From contig NIVC01003537.1 in assembly GCA_002269645.1 (NCBI GenBank), positions 1 to 64,000 on the forward strand: 64,000 bases of DNA, read 5' to 3'. Below, piece after piece: positions 26,952 to 40,280 of the stretch. A program made the translations under genes and the position numbers. Positions within the stretch are counted from its first letter, which is position 1. Every line of letters begins with the position of its first letter. The stretch comes from Macrostomum lignano. Taxonomy: Eukaryota. The notes under the pieces are model-generated. The model was not told the origin of the DNA and searched no databases. It saw nothing but the letters and a program-made list of their open reading frames with translations.

Positions 26952-28103
26952 TGAACAATCAAGTAAACCGTGAGTTTTCCTATATGATTTTTTTACGCCG
27001 TTTTCTTTTGTTTTTGGATATAATTCTCAATTCAGAAAATTGAATGCTTTCAGTGAATACTGAGTTGTAATTTACAATGCATATAAGACTGACATTTGGC
27101 TCTAATTACCGCAAAATCCGATAAAGCGTAACAATTTATGCGAAAATCAATTGAAAGAAACGTTTTTTAAATCGAATTCGCCATTCAGAATGATATAATT
27201 AGGCAATTCTATCTCGGCCCGGTTATGTACGCCTAGAAAAAAGCCTTTACTTCCAGTTTAATACGCTCGTATCTAAAATTCTATGATCAGTCTTTATTTG
27301 GACAGAGATTTCTCTGCACTCTACCCTCTCAGCTTACTATACAACTGGAACCCCTTCTCTATCGTTCCTTCCTCTTTTTTCGAGTTGCTTTGCTTAAAGC
27401 CCCTAAAATAAAAATGTTATTCCTCTTTGCCCTCTCTTTCTCAAAAAGTTATCGGCCTGGGTTGGACCTGTCTGTAGGGGTCACGCCCGGAGGTGGGGTG
27501 GGGATAATGAAATCAAGAAGTAACAAAGGACACAGAAGCAAAAGGGCACTGGGAGTAGAACAGGACTATACCAATACCATAGACCTTCTGAGGGCAGAAA
27601 GAGGGTTTATGGTATAGCTATTCCCTCCCGCTTTGCTACCGGCGCTCGCTAGACAATCGTTGTCACGCACTGCGACCGCTGATTCTTTGCATTGTTTTTC
27701 TGTTTGACGATCCTACAGACAATGCATTGTTTGTAGTAATGGATTGTTCTGCATTAAAAATGTGAATAATGATCGTCAAATTGCTAAACAATGGCGGGCA
27801 GAAACGTCATTTCTCTGCCCAAGAGCTTAAATTCATTAAACCCAGTGTGAAAGGGACGCGAGACTCGTTTCTCGGCCCACTACATAAGAAATAGTCTATG
27901 GCCAAAAGTGAATTTAAGAATTAAAGGAAAGAGGCAACCTCTGTCCGTTTAAGTTTCGGTATTTCACTGCAGAGCTTGTCTGAAGCCAAATAACATCATG
28001 TGTCTACTCGATCTGAATTGTATTCAAGGTGGTGATATCAGTGGCCTGCTTCGCGAAGAGATGGACCTTTTAACTTTCTTTGCTGGCAAAAAAGGCAGAC
28101 TAG

Positions 28104-28828
28104 TTGACCAAATGGACAGGACTACCTGTTCCTGGTGTTGGAAGCAGCTACGCTTTGGATCCTGAGTTGGACACTTTGCTGGAAGAGCTTGTTGATCTCG
28201 GAGCTGAAATAACGGCTGAGCACGAGTATCGTGAACTCAACGATACTGAGCTCGGTGGTATTCAGGATATGGAGAAGTCGGCTCGAACCCAGTCAACGGA
28301 TGCAAAGACTAAACAGCACGTTGCTCTGCTGAAGCAGTTTTTGCGCTCCAATGGTCTACCCGAAAACATCGAAGACATGCCAGTGCGCTACCTGGTGCAA
28401 TACCTGAGGCTCTGGTTTGTTTCACTCAAGCGGAAGGATGGTAACGTCTATAGTGTCAACAGTCTGGTAGGATTTCGTGCCAGCATTCATTGCTATCTGA
28501 AACAGGAGCGGGACGTTGACATGATTGGGAATGAGCTGTTTAATGCTTTTGAGCGTACGTATAAGGCGATGCTAACTGCTTCTGTGAAAGCTGCACGTAT
28601 TCTCGAAGAAGCGACTGGCTCCCGCCAGATTTAAGATTCCGACTTAAAGAAGCTTTCTTCGTACTTCGACCGCAGTGATCCTATAATTTCTTTCTGATTG
28701 CTTGGCATTTTGGTTTTCGAGGCCGTGAGTGGGTTCGAGAGCTGGCCCCTGATGCCATCATTTTCGGCACCGATGGCGGTCGTGAATGCATCGCTCTCAA
28801 GATTGACCGGCAAAGAGAAAAATGCTGA
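28104..28828 (+). pseudogene. Crypton-type tyrosine recombinase fragment (DUF3504/KCTD1-ZMYM-like), truncated
   Basis: YLRLWFVSLKRKDGNVYSVNSL..FRASIHCYL followed, after frameshifts, by WHFGFRGREWVREL (codons at 28703-28729), which carries the first catalytic Arg. Confidence 0.8.
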
Positions 28829-29329
28829 TAAAATATATCCGCTGCCTATGGTTCAGTTGTCTACAAGCAAAAGATTGATGATTTCTATGAAATTTCTGCC
28901 CGGCAGAACGGGTGGGAATAAAAAATACTTTTAGCACGTTAAGCGAGTGCGGAGAATGAAAATAAGTAAATAAGTTTAGGATGCAATTCGCAATTTCGAC
29001 AACAGTAACGCACCTAAAAACTGATAGTTAATTACTCTAAAGCGCACTGTAAATTCGCGGTTAATTACAGTGTACCTTAAATTTCGATCTCGCCTCCGAT
29101 CTCAGTCAGATCTGGATCTCCTTCGGGCAGAATTTCCGGAAGTCTCAGGCTCGGCTCGAGCAGCTGGCTGCCTTGCAGGTCAGGCTAAGCTGCTGTCGGC
29201 TGTTCCGGAGCTGGCTGCTCCGCTGGTTCCAAATCGCTGTCTTCGGTAGACTCGTGGGGCAACATCCGCGCGGCCTCTCAGTAGGGCGCGGTGGTTCCTG
29301 CGGTCTCTCAGCCATCATCTGCGGCACCT

Positions 29330-30110
29330 TGATGATGTTGTTGCGATGTACGAGCATCTCTGCTGGGCGTCCTCACTGCGTTGTTGATGTCTTGATCCAG
29401 TACGCCACTTCTACTTTCTTGACGAACTAGTGCATGCTTTTTAGGGCCGATGGAACTTGGGCAGCTCTTGGGCAGAGCTTCAGGTGGGCTAAGCAGACGA
29501 GATCTCCTAGCTGCAGTTCCATTGGCTTTGGCCTATTCTCGTAGTATTCCTCTCGGCGCTGAATCTCCGCATGTAGCCGCGTGTAGGTCGGCAGCTACAT
29601 CCAGTCCCAGTCGGTCTAGGTTGTTTCAATGGGATACCGATAGGGCACACCGTAGACTACGTTAGTGCAGCGAGAACCCGGTAGTCCGGTTGACGCTTGA
29701 TATTAGGGCTGTCAATAGAGCTGGCAGCATCTTTTCCCATTGCTGATGGTTTTCTAGGAGACAGTTGAGAACTTTCTTGATAACTTTTATTGCACGACGT
29801 ACTCGGCTTGTCTGCTAGCCCAAAGCGCGTATATGGCGGTATTGTAGTCTTTCGGATGTCATAGACTTCGCAGAAATGCCAAAACTCGTGTCCCGTGTGA
29901 ACTACATTGTTTTCCTTGATCAGAGTAGATCCTGGCCGAGATTCCAGTGATCGGGAATACTTGCTCCTACAGGAGAGTGATGATCGTCTTGGCCCGCTGA
30001 TTCTTCATGGCGAAAGGGTACTTCAACGTGGTGTCGACAAGTCAGGATACAAACATAACATAATTTTACGCAAACATAATTTGAATTTTTCGCTGACCAA
30101 GAGACGAGAC
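29330..30110 (-). pseudogene. Ty3/gypsy integrase remnant
   Basis: Minus strand LVDTTLKYPFAMKNQRAKTI, VFPITGISARIYSDQG, RAIKVIKKVL..WEKMLPALL..SVNRTTGFS, and terminal VHRN. Many stops and frameshifts. Confidence 0.8.
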
Positions 30111-30929
30111 CGAACTTGGTTGGGGCCTGGAGAAGCCGTTGACGTTGATTCTTTTTACTGCTATATTTTGGCGTCAGGGTCTCCATCCAGCAATCCGAAG
30201 TTTCCGACGTTAGTCGACGTCCCGACATGTCTATCGACATCTACATGCACATGTATGTCAGGACTTTTACTTTTCTTCGTCGATTTCTTCAACAGCCACC
30301 CACTGATACCTCTTGTCAATCAGTGATATTTTGCATTTTTAATTCTAACGTAGATAAAAAATTGAGTATTTGTGTTGTGACGGCTTGAGTTCTTACATCG
30401 CTTTAGTGCTCCGTCGTTTTCAAGTCTTTGGTGAGAAATAATTGGCATTTAAATATTTTTTCTACTTAAGTTTATATCTCTGTACGTACTGGTTGACCTG
30501 TCAATCAAAATAGTTTATCGATTTTTTTGTTTCAATTTTAATCTTTAAGTTTCTAAAAACGACTATAAAAACGTTTTGAATTTCCCTCCAAGCTGCATGT
30601 TGTCTGGTTTGTCAACCGATCGTCTCTCTTGGCTTGTGCTGGCTCTATTTACCATACATGTAGTCACAATGCCTCTATATCCAGTACAACCATGGCATCG
30701 AAGGGACTTAATTAACACCACGAAGTGGCTGGCACCGAAATGTCTGGCCACCAAAAAAGTGTCTGCAGCACCAATTTGTCTGGCACTGAAGTGTCTGGTA
30801 TTAATTAAAAAATTCACTCGCCAGACTCAATTCTGAGAGAAACACTTCGTGATCCCCGACAGCAATACGACGTCGGCGTTTGATCATTCAGCGGAGAGGA
30901 TGTTCATTCAGATGGTCTTCCAATGTGGA

Positions 30930-33390
30930 TGTTGGCCGGTCTCGCGTGTGGGATTGGGCGTGCGCGCTTTTACTCCGTTCGTGATTTCAACTCCGTACGT
31001 GCGGGTGCTCATCACACTCTGCACGTCTCCTGCTCCATGATCATAGGTTTGACGGACATTGTACACCATTGGTGTTTTAGTCCCGTGGATTCGGATGGCT
31101 GCAATTGAATCTCACGTCTGTAAGAAATTGTCTCGTAAGAAATCGTTGTTGTCAGTGCGCTTGGCACTTCGTCTCTCCTCGCATACTCTTTGCGATCTCG
31201 GCTTGCTCTTTTAACATTTTGGCATCGCGAACAGGATATCATATTGAATGTCCATAAAGCTGCGGGACCCATCTGAGTTGCGAGCATGGATCAAAGTTTT
31301 TGATACCCAGGCGCTGGTCAAAAGGAGTGAAGGACACTGATCGCACTGATGACACAGCTGGCAATCTGGTGCCTTCCTTGGCTGTCTTGGTATGGCACAG
31401 CTCATCAGGCACCAGCTGGTTGCGCCCAAACCGCTCTCGCAGATGAAGTGGACGGAAATCAAGGAGTGCCTCGTGAGGTTTCTGGAACCCAAGAAGAGGC
31501 TGCTTGATTGCCGTGAGAGCAGCCTTCATTTCCATGCGCCAGTTAGAGGGCGGGACGATTGCCGGCTTCGCTGCCCGACTTCAAGAGCAAGTGGTGTTCT
31601 GCGAATTCGAGAAGCTGAAGGGCGAGAATGTTAATCCAGCTGAGCAGCTGATCAATACCACTTTTGTCAGCAGTTTCCCGCGCCCTCTTGAGCTAGCTTT
31701 TGACTGCCGCTGGTCGTAATAACTGGAAGTTAACGAGAAACCGCTCCCGCTATCCCGCTACCCCACACTGCAAGCCCGGAAGGATATCCTGACGAGGCGT
31801 GCACCCCTGCGAGCTGTCAAATCTGCACAGAGTTCTGAGTTCCCACGTCTCGTTTATTTGCTCAACCGGGAGTCTCCCTCATCAAAGGCCAAGCCCCAAG
31901 CTGGTGGCAGCAACTACGAGCGTATATTGCCAAAGCTACTAGAAGGCTTCCAAGAATCAGCAGGAAACCTAAGGTAGATTACTTAAGTGCTGAAATCAAG
32001 CGGGAAACCCCTGTACTACAAAAGTCTTGGCAGAGTTCTTTGTGAGCCAGATCACTGAGAGTACATGTACATGTACAGCAACTTCAGATGGTGAGCAAAT
32101 TTTCGGTGGAAGACGGTCTGGTGATCCACGGAACCAAAATTGTGCCTCCGGTTGTCTCCGCAGGCGCATCCTGGAGGTGGCACACGACGAGATTCACGAC
32201 GACAACCACCAAGGCGCACGCACATCTCCAAAGAGTTCTGGTGGGCTGGGTTTCTATCGCGATGTCCGCAGCTTTGTGTGAAGCTGCCAGCAGTACTCAG
32301 AACTCTGAGGTGCTCAGGACTCCTACTCGGGGTGGCCTGAGGTGATCCAGGTGCCAGACTGAACTGCGGGTTTTAAGAGCGCGTTGTTCACCAGGAACGG
32401 AGTGCCTCCTCGGACGCTGGCTGGGATTTAATTCGGAGAAAGTTTCCCAATGGCTGCGCAGCATCGGGTGCCAGGAGCCGCACACTCCACCGTACCATCC
32501 GGCCTCGAACGGTCAGGCAGAAAGGCTGGTGAGGATCATCAAGGATGGACTCAAGGCGTGGACGAAGATAGTGCCGTTCAACCACTTCTTGCAGAAAGTG
32601 CTGCTGACGATGAGGACCAGCCGACCCAGTAAAAATCTTTGCCACCAGTTAACGATGACTGCATGAGCAGGTGGTCGACTCAATCTGGCTGAGGATGCTC
32701 GCCGGGGTTCCGGCCATGCAATTTCGTGGTGCAGCACGGCCAGAACACGGCTCCGGTAGTCAGTGCTCTGGCCGGCCAAGAGCGTTTGAGTCGCTTTTGA
32801 GGGGGCCGAACCTGAGGCGGATCGTTGCCCGATAGCAGTTTCCTACGCCATGCAGGGTCGAGCAGTCGATCACACTAGTCTTTATAGCAGCTGACGGGCT
32901 GGGGCGCTGGATTAAACTGGTACACAGCTAGTCACGGGTGACTCAGATACATGTAGCTCAGAATCAGGGAGTTAACTCTTGTGACTTAACTCTTTGAATT
33001 TTTTTGCTGTTGTTTGGTTGGTGTCTTAATTTTTTTTTGCGAGGGCAGTATTGGGTCGCGTGTTAGGGGTTGGGCATTCGCTTTTACTCCGTAAGTTATA
33101 CTGTATTTTTCGTCCTGATTTTAACTCCGTGCGTGTGCTCATTGTCTATTGCTCACGCTCTTTTGCACGGGTCTCTGCTGTAAATTTATGTACATTCACA
33201 TGTACAATGCAAGTTACGAGAGTACGTGTAATATTGGTGTTCAGCCCTGGGTTAGGGTGGCTGCAATTATGAATCTCGCCTATAAATCGTCTCGCTGTTT
33301 GTCAGTGCACTTGGCACAATTTTGTCTTTCATCACGTACGTCGCTTTGCCTACGATTTATACTAATTCCTCGCCTCTGATCTACTGAACA
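30930..33390 (+). mobile_element. Internally deleted, degenerate gypsy (Mag-like) LTR retrotransposon
   Basis: Diverged direct LTRs at about 30930-31216 and 33049-33390, both ending AACA. PBS follows the 5' LTR. Gag LEPKKRL..F...Q..G.TIAGFAARL. Integrase pieces FSVEDGLVIHG and QAERLVRIIKDGLK. Purine tract before the 3' LTR. RT/RNase H absent; TSD not found. Confidence 0.8.
31220..31237 (+). promoter_or_regulatory. Primer-binding site TGGCATCGCGAACAGGAT
   Basis: TGG-initiated, 3 nt after the LTR-terminal CA. Complementary to a tRNA 3' end (Ser type from recollection, unverified). Confidence 0.7.
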
Positions 33391-33429
33391 CTGTGATTTA
33401 ATGGTTTTTTTAGGGGGCGACAACCCTTA

Positions 33430-33538
33430 CATTCTGTTTCTCAAACTTGACAAGACCAAGACAAGCAGATCTTGTCGTGTCATTCTTAGCAGATCTTCTC
33501 AATCTGCTCGGTTTTTGCAGGATCTTCTAAGAAGGGAG
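33430..33538 (-). repeat. Right arm of an inverted repeat pair (partner at 23051-23150)
   Basis: Reverse-complement match to 23051-23150. Confidence 0.8.
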
Positions 33539-34298
33539 ATAAATTTGTTTTGTTATTCATTTTGCTGAAGTGTTCTAGCTGAATTATATTTTATGACACT
33601 ATGGGACAATAAATTTAAGAAAATACTATACATGTATGCAATTCGAAGCTATAATAAAATATATAAAAGTTAAGATATTGTACCATATGTAGCAAGTCCC
33701 CCAGATCTGGTAAGTTTACCCAAGTATTATAATAGCAAAGATCTTGCATGTTCTTGCAAGTACTTGCGCAGTAATCCAAGAAGATTTAGATAAGATCTGT
33801 TAAGAATCAACAAGTCAGGGAAGTTCACTGTTGTTTCAAAGAGATGAGCAAAAATCGAAAAACTTTATTGAACTTCGCAGGAAAAATATTGTAAGCAAAG
33901 TTATTATTCCTTTGGTAATGTGCACGTATTCATGCAAATTGCAAATGTAACAGCAACACGTACACAGCTATACTTTGCAGATATAAATTAGCAGCAGATA
34001 GTTGTGCTTTCAATCTAAAAGTAAATCTTATATTTGCGCTTTGATAAATTGAAATATTTTAATAGATTTTTTGCATCGCAAAGAATACATCTTATCCTAC
34101 CATACTCATTGGCTACAATCTACTTTGTTGAATCTTGTGCAGACGCAAAGCAATTTTTAATTTTAGAAGTATTGAACACTTTATTTAAAGCCAATTTGTG
34201 TCAATTAAATTTAGTTAAGTTAGTCATCAGTGAAAGCGTCATTAATTTCTGCCTCTCCATTTTGGTTTACTTCCTGAGAAAACATTTATTTTGTGATT

Positions 34299-36689
34299 AT
34301 GGATCGAATCAAAGGATACTGGAACACAATTCTTTCCGAATTATCAAGTCCGCTAAATCTTGCCCTCGTTGGTATTTGTGCTTTTCTGACCTATAAGATT
34401 TTCTTTGGTCGCTCAAAACCAGAGCTTCCACCGCCCAAGTCAAATCGTTTGCCTAAGATGAAGAAACGTGACTTTACTCGACAAGAGCTTGCGCGTTATA
34501 ACGGTGTTGACAATGATGAAAAGCGGATTTTGATTGCCATTCGAGGGACAGTCTTTGATGTGAGCAATCGAGGCCGCGATTTCTATGGCCCTGGTAAGTT
34601 TATACTTTATATTAAGGAGTAAGGAATATACTTAATACTTATTCTAATACTCAAACCAATGCTAAGACTTATGCTCAGAGGTGAACTGTAATCTATCATA
34701 GCTAGTAACAGCTGTTCTGTAGAATTAGTTTCAGAGGGTAAGAACTTTGCCCCAGAACAGCTTGTTGGCTTAACAGTGCAATTTTAATATTCCAAGCATT
34801 GCCATTAGGTCTAGAACACACTGAAATAAATTTTTAGAAGTTAGGCCTAATTTAGAGGCTATCTATAATATAGATCTATAATATATGCATTATTTCTAAC
34901 CATGATTGACTATAAAAAGTATATTACAACTAATAAATTTAAATTTTTATTAAATTAGGCCTAACAAATAAGCAGTGCTTATTTCCATGGTACCATATAT
35001 AAGAATAATTTTTGTCTTATTCCTAAAGTACCATGGGAATGATTTTCTGCTTATTTGCATAGTAGTGTAACGATGTTGATATTTATATTTTAAAAAATAA
35101 TAATTTAGTATTATTAATGTCTCTTTAGTATTTTATTAATTTATTTACTATTCATTAGCAAATCTTAAAGTTATTCAATATTTACACTTAAAATTTGTTT
35201 TACTGTATCCTTCATAGAAATAAGAGTATTACATTATTTTAAAGGTGGTTATATCGCGTTTTTGCGCTCTAGGCTTCCTCTCTTGCTCTGGTCTCGTTTC
35301 GTGCATGTTTTTGGTTGGTGCCTGTTACTATAGCTTACTAACAATAATTAAACGTCAATAGTTTAAATCCTGCCTGTTCAAATTATTAATACAACAAAAT
35401 AAAATCAGTCAAAGTTCAACATAGGACTATTCAACTCGATTCGGCCACAAGACTCTGACTCTCCTACTATGAAGACTCAGTTTACTATTGATCGTGCAGC
35501 CGTCAGCAACTTTAGCCATTAAGCACCGAACAAAGAGGGGTCGCGTCACATTAGCTGTCCTATTTTCTTTACATATACCATTGCCATAGAAATAATTTCT
35601 ATATTATCTGCATAGCACACTGACAAGATAGTTATCTTATATTCCCATAGATACTATAAGGAATAATGTAAATTTAAATTAAATAATTAAATTAAATAAT
35701 TAATTAAATAATAAGTAATTTAATATTTTTAAACTCATCTTTTTATGCCATTAACTATAAAACATAGATAAAATTAATATTGGTAGACTGTCTTAATCTA
35801 TTTGCATGAAAAAATAATTTTTTATATTGAAGATATGGAGCTTTTAGCTTCTTAAAGAATTCAAATTTAGGCAAGTTTTTCCTATTTTCATTAGTGATAG
35901 AGTTTCTAGCAAAATCGGAGTCAATTTGAATAAAACTATAGTAATGTATGTGTGTGCAACTTATCTTTGATCTACTTTAATTTACATGAATCAGATCAGC
36001 TGGCATTTGCACATACATATTACAGAAATACATTTCTCATTTTGCACTTTTCCAAAATGTTTGACTGTAATTTTAGTGTCACCTTATAGTCACAGTGCAA
36101 AATAAAAGCTTTCTAAATTATCTTACAAGAATTTTTGTAGTTAATATGCATGTTTAGGCACCTATTTTACTGTAGTTTCCATAGTATTACATAGCCATAT
36201 CCTAAGTATTAAAAACAATTTTTTAATGACTATTATTTAATTATCCAATATGAATTCTAAAAGTTTCTGCACTAGTTCACACTGCACAGAGTAAGAAGAT
36301 GGTTATTAAAATATTTTTTAACTTCAGGTGGTCCCTACGAGGACCTGGCTGGCCGCGATGCCTCTCGGGCCCTGGCCACCTTCTCCCTGAACAAGGACGC
36401 CTTCAAGGATGAGGTGGACGATCTAAGCGACTTGGACAGCTTTCAAGTTGAGAGCCTGGACAACTGGGAGCAGCAGTTCAAAGGTAGGGTGGCTTGAGTT
36501 AAGCACCGGATTTGCGTACACACCCAGCATCCAGCTGATACCATCCCATTATTGATCAATAAACGTTTATAACATTTATTTTCAGAAAAGTACGACACTG
36601 TAGGCAAACTGCTCAAGCCGGGCGAGCAGCCAACTGAATATCCGGACTCTGATGGTGACGGAGCTGAAGGTCACGCTAAAAATAATTAA
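34299..36689 (+). CDS. PGRMC1: Membrane-associated progesterone receptor component (MAPR, cytochrome b5-like heme/steroid-binding); exons 34299-34593, 36328-36483, 36586-36689
   Basis: N-terminal TM segment, then DFT..EL..Y.G, FDVS.GRDFYGPGGPY..LAGRDASRALATF, L..WEQQF.EKY..VGKLLKPGEQPTEY. All introns are GT-AG and phase-compatible. Confidence 0.95.
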
Positions 36690-37169
36690 ATTGATTTGGA
36701 TTTTCAACTTAATCTATTTATTTTGACTGCAAACTACTTTTTGCACCGTTGCTTATTTAAGTAGTATGTGTTGATTTTTTAAGACGCAAGTTTGTTAATT
36801 TTTTTATATTGAAACTGTCATTCAGTCTTTTAAGTAATTATTTTTAGTATATAGGATTTTTGTGTGCAAAAAATAATGAAAAAAATATACTAGCTGTTCG
36901 GTAGAAGCTGCTGATTTTTATTGCCTTGAGTAGATCATTAAAACCTGAAGAATTTGTGTCATTTACTCGTACTTTGCTTAGCAGCCTCCTTGGGACCAGC
37001 AATCATTGGTCCCTCACTCTAGCAAGGCATCGGAGGAATAAAAATTGAAGTTCACATTTAAAATAACTTGCATGCTTATAAGATACTTTGTTAGTTTTGT
37101 ACCAATAACGATGTTTAAAAAATAAAGGCATTACCATTGGCATCGGGCTTTCCAGCATCCATATCCTTG

Positions 37170-40100
37170 AGCATGGAATCTCAGCAACTCCCCATTGAGC
37201 CATGAAATCTCAGCAACTCCCCATTGAGCCATGGCATCTCAGCAACTCCCCTTGAGCCATGGCATCTCAGCAACTCCCCATTGAGCCATGGCATCTCAGC
37301 AACTCCCCTTAAGCTTTGTCATCTCAGCAACTCCCCCTTAAGCATTGTCATCTCAGCAACTCCCCTTGAGCCATGGCATCTCAGCAACTCCCCTTAAGCC
37401 TTGTCATCTCAGCAACTCCCCTTAAGCCTTGTCATCTCAGCATCTCCGCTTAAGCCATGTCATCTCAGCAACTCCCCTTGAGCCATGGCATCTCAGCAAC
37501 TCCCCATTGAGCCATGGCATCTCAGCAACTCCCCTTAAGCTTTGTCATCTCAGCAACTCCCCATTGAGCCATGGCATCTCAGCAACTCCCCTTGAGCCAT
37601 GGCATCTCAGCAACTCCCCATTGAGCCATGGCATCTCAGCAACTCCCCTTAAGCTTTGTCATCTCAGCAACTCCCCATTGAGCCATGGCATCTCAGCAAC
37701 TCCCCTTAAGCCTTGTCATCTCAGCAACTCCCCCATTGAGCCATGGCATCTCAGCAACTACCCCATTGAGCCATGGCATCTCAGCAACTCCCCATTGAGC
37801 CATGGCATCTCAGCAACTCCCCATTGAGCCATGGCATCTCAGCAACTCCCCTTAAGCCTTGTCATCTCAGCAACTCCCCATTGAGCCATGGCATCTCAGC
37901 AACTCCCCTTGAGCCATGGCATCTCAGCAACTCCCCATTGAGCCATGGCATCTCAGCAACTCCCCTTAAGCTTTGTCATCTCAGCAACTCCCCTTAAGCC
38001 TAGTCATCTCAGCAACTACCCTTGAGCCATGACATCGATCAGCAACTCCCCTTAAGCTTTGTCATCTCAGCAACTCCCCATTGAGCCATGGCATCTCAGC
38101 AACTCCCCTTAAGCCTTGTCATCTCAGCAACTCCCCATTGAGCCATGGCATCTCAGCAACTACCCCATTGAGCCATGGCATCTCAGCAACTCCCCATTGA
38201 GCCATGGCATCTCAGCAACTCCCCTTAAGCTTTGTCATCTCAGCAACTCCCCATTGAGCCATGGCATCAGCAACTCCCCTTAAGCATTGTCATCTCAGCA
38301 ACTCCCCTTGAGCCATGGCATCTCAGCAACTCCCCTTAAGCCTTGTCATCTCAGCAACTCCCCTTAAGCCTTGTCATCTCAGCATCTCCCCTTAAGCCAT
38401 GTCATCTCAGCAACTCCCCTTAAGCCATGTCATCTCAGCAACTCCCCATTGAGCCATGGCATCTCAGCAACTCCCCTTAAGCCTTGTCATCTCAGCAACT
38501 CCCCTTAAGCCATGTCATCTCAGCAACTCCCCTTGAGCCATGGCATCTCAGCAACTCCCCCATTGAGCCAAGGCATCTCAGAAACTCCCCATTGAGCCAT
38601 GGCATCTCAGCAACTCCCCATTGAGCCATGGCATCTCAGCAACTCCCCATTGAGCCATGGCATCTCAGCAACTCCCCATTGAGCCATGGCATCTCAGCAA
38701 CTCCCCTTAAGCCTATAGTCATCTCAGCAACTACCCTTGAGCCATGGCATCTCAGCAACTCCCCTTAAGCATTGTCATCTCAGCAACTCCCCTTGAGCCA
38801 TGGCATCTCAGCAACTCCCCTTAAGCCTTGTCATCTCAGCAACTCCCCTTAAGCCTTGTCATCTCAGCATCTCCCCTTAAGCCATGTCATCGCAGCAACT
38901 CCGCTTAAGCCTTGTCATCTCAGCAACTCACCTTAAGCCTTGTCATCTCAGCAACTCCCCTTAAGCCATGTCATCTCAGCAACTCCCCTTAAGCCTTGTC
39001 ATCTCAGCAACTCCCCTTAAGCCATGTCATCTCAGCAACTCCCCCTTGAGCCATGGCATCTCAGCAACTCCCCCATTGAGCCAAGGCATCTCAGAAACTC
39101 CCCATTGAGCCATGGCATCTCAGCAACTCCCCATTGAGCCATGGCATCTCAGCAACTCCCCATTGAGCCATGGCATCTCAGCAACTCCCCATTGAGCCAT
39201 GGCATCTCAGCAACTCCCCTTAAGCCTATAGTCATCTCAGCAACTACCCTTGATCCATGGCATCTCAGCAACTCCCCATTGAGCCATGGCATCTCAGCAA
39301 CTCCCCTTAAGCCTATAGTCATCTCAGCAACTACCCTTGAGCCATGGCATCTCAGCAACTCCCCTTAAGCATTGTCATCTCAGCAACTCCCCTTGAGCCA
39401 TGGCATCTCAGCAACTCCCCTTAAGCCTTGTCATCTCAGCAACTCCCCTTAAGCCTTGTCATCTCAGCATCTCCCCTTAAGCCATGTCATCTCAGCAACT
39501 CCCCTTAAGCCATGGCATCTCAGCAACTCCCCATTGAGCCATGGCATCTCAGCAACTCCCCTTAAGCCTTGTCATCTCAGCAACTCCCCTTAAGACATGT
39601 CATCTCAGCAACTCCCCCTTGAGCCATGGCATCTCATCAACTCCCCCATTGAGCCAAGGCATCTCAGCAACTCCCCATTGAGCCATGGCATCTCAGCAAC
39701 TACCCTTGATCCATGGCATCTCAGCAACTCCCCATTGAGCCATGGCATCTCAGCAACTCCCCTTAAGCCTATAGTCATCTCAGCAACTACCCTTGAGCCA
39801 TGGCATCTCAGCAACTCCCCTTAAGCATTGTCATCTCAGCAACTCCCCTTGAGCCATGGCATCTCAGCAACTCCCCTTAAGCCTTGTCATCTCAGCAACT
39901 CCCCTTAAGCCTTGTCATCTCAGCATCTCCCCTTAAGCCATGTCATCTCAGCAACTCCCCTTAAGCCATGGCATCTCAGCAACTCCCCATTGAGCCATGG
40001 CATCTCAGCAACTCCCCTTAAGCCTTGTCATCTCAGCAACTCCCCTTAAGACATGTCATCTCAGCAACTCCCCCTTGAGCCATGGCATCTCATCAACTCC

Positions 40101-40280
40101 CCCATTGAGCCAAGGCATCTCAGCAACTCCCCATTGAGCCATGGCATCTCAGAAACTCCCCATTGAGCCATGGCATCTCAGCAACTCCCCATTGAGCCAT
40201 GGCATCTCAGCAACTCCCCATTGAGCCATGGCATCTCAGCAACTCCCCCATTGAGCCATGGCATCTCAGCAACTCCCCCA
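37170..40280 (+). repeat. 26-28-bp satellite (GAGCCATGGCATCTCAGCAACTCCCC(A/C)TT / AAGCCTTGTCATCTCAGCAACTCCCC), about 3.1 kb
   Basis: Continuous tandem array with two main unit variants and block duplications. Confidence 0.97.

Noticed and set aside
27890-27930. TATGG or TTAAAGG as the Crypton left terminus
   Set aside because: No matching terminus found on the right side; these short motifs are expected by chance.
37170-40280. CRISPR-like array (also considered for 58790-60125 and 61425-63230)
   Set aside because: Units are head to tail with no unique spacers, there are no cas genes, and the context is eukaryotic.
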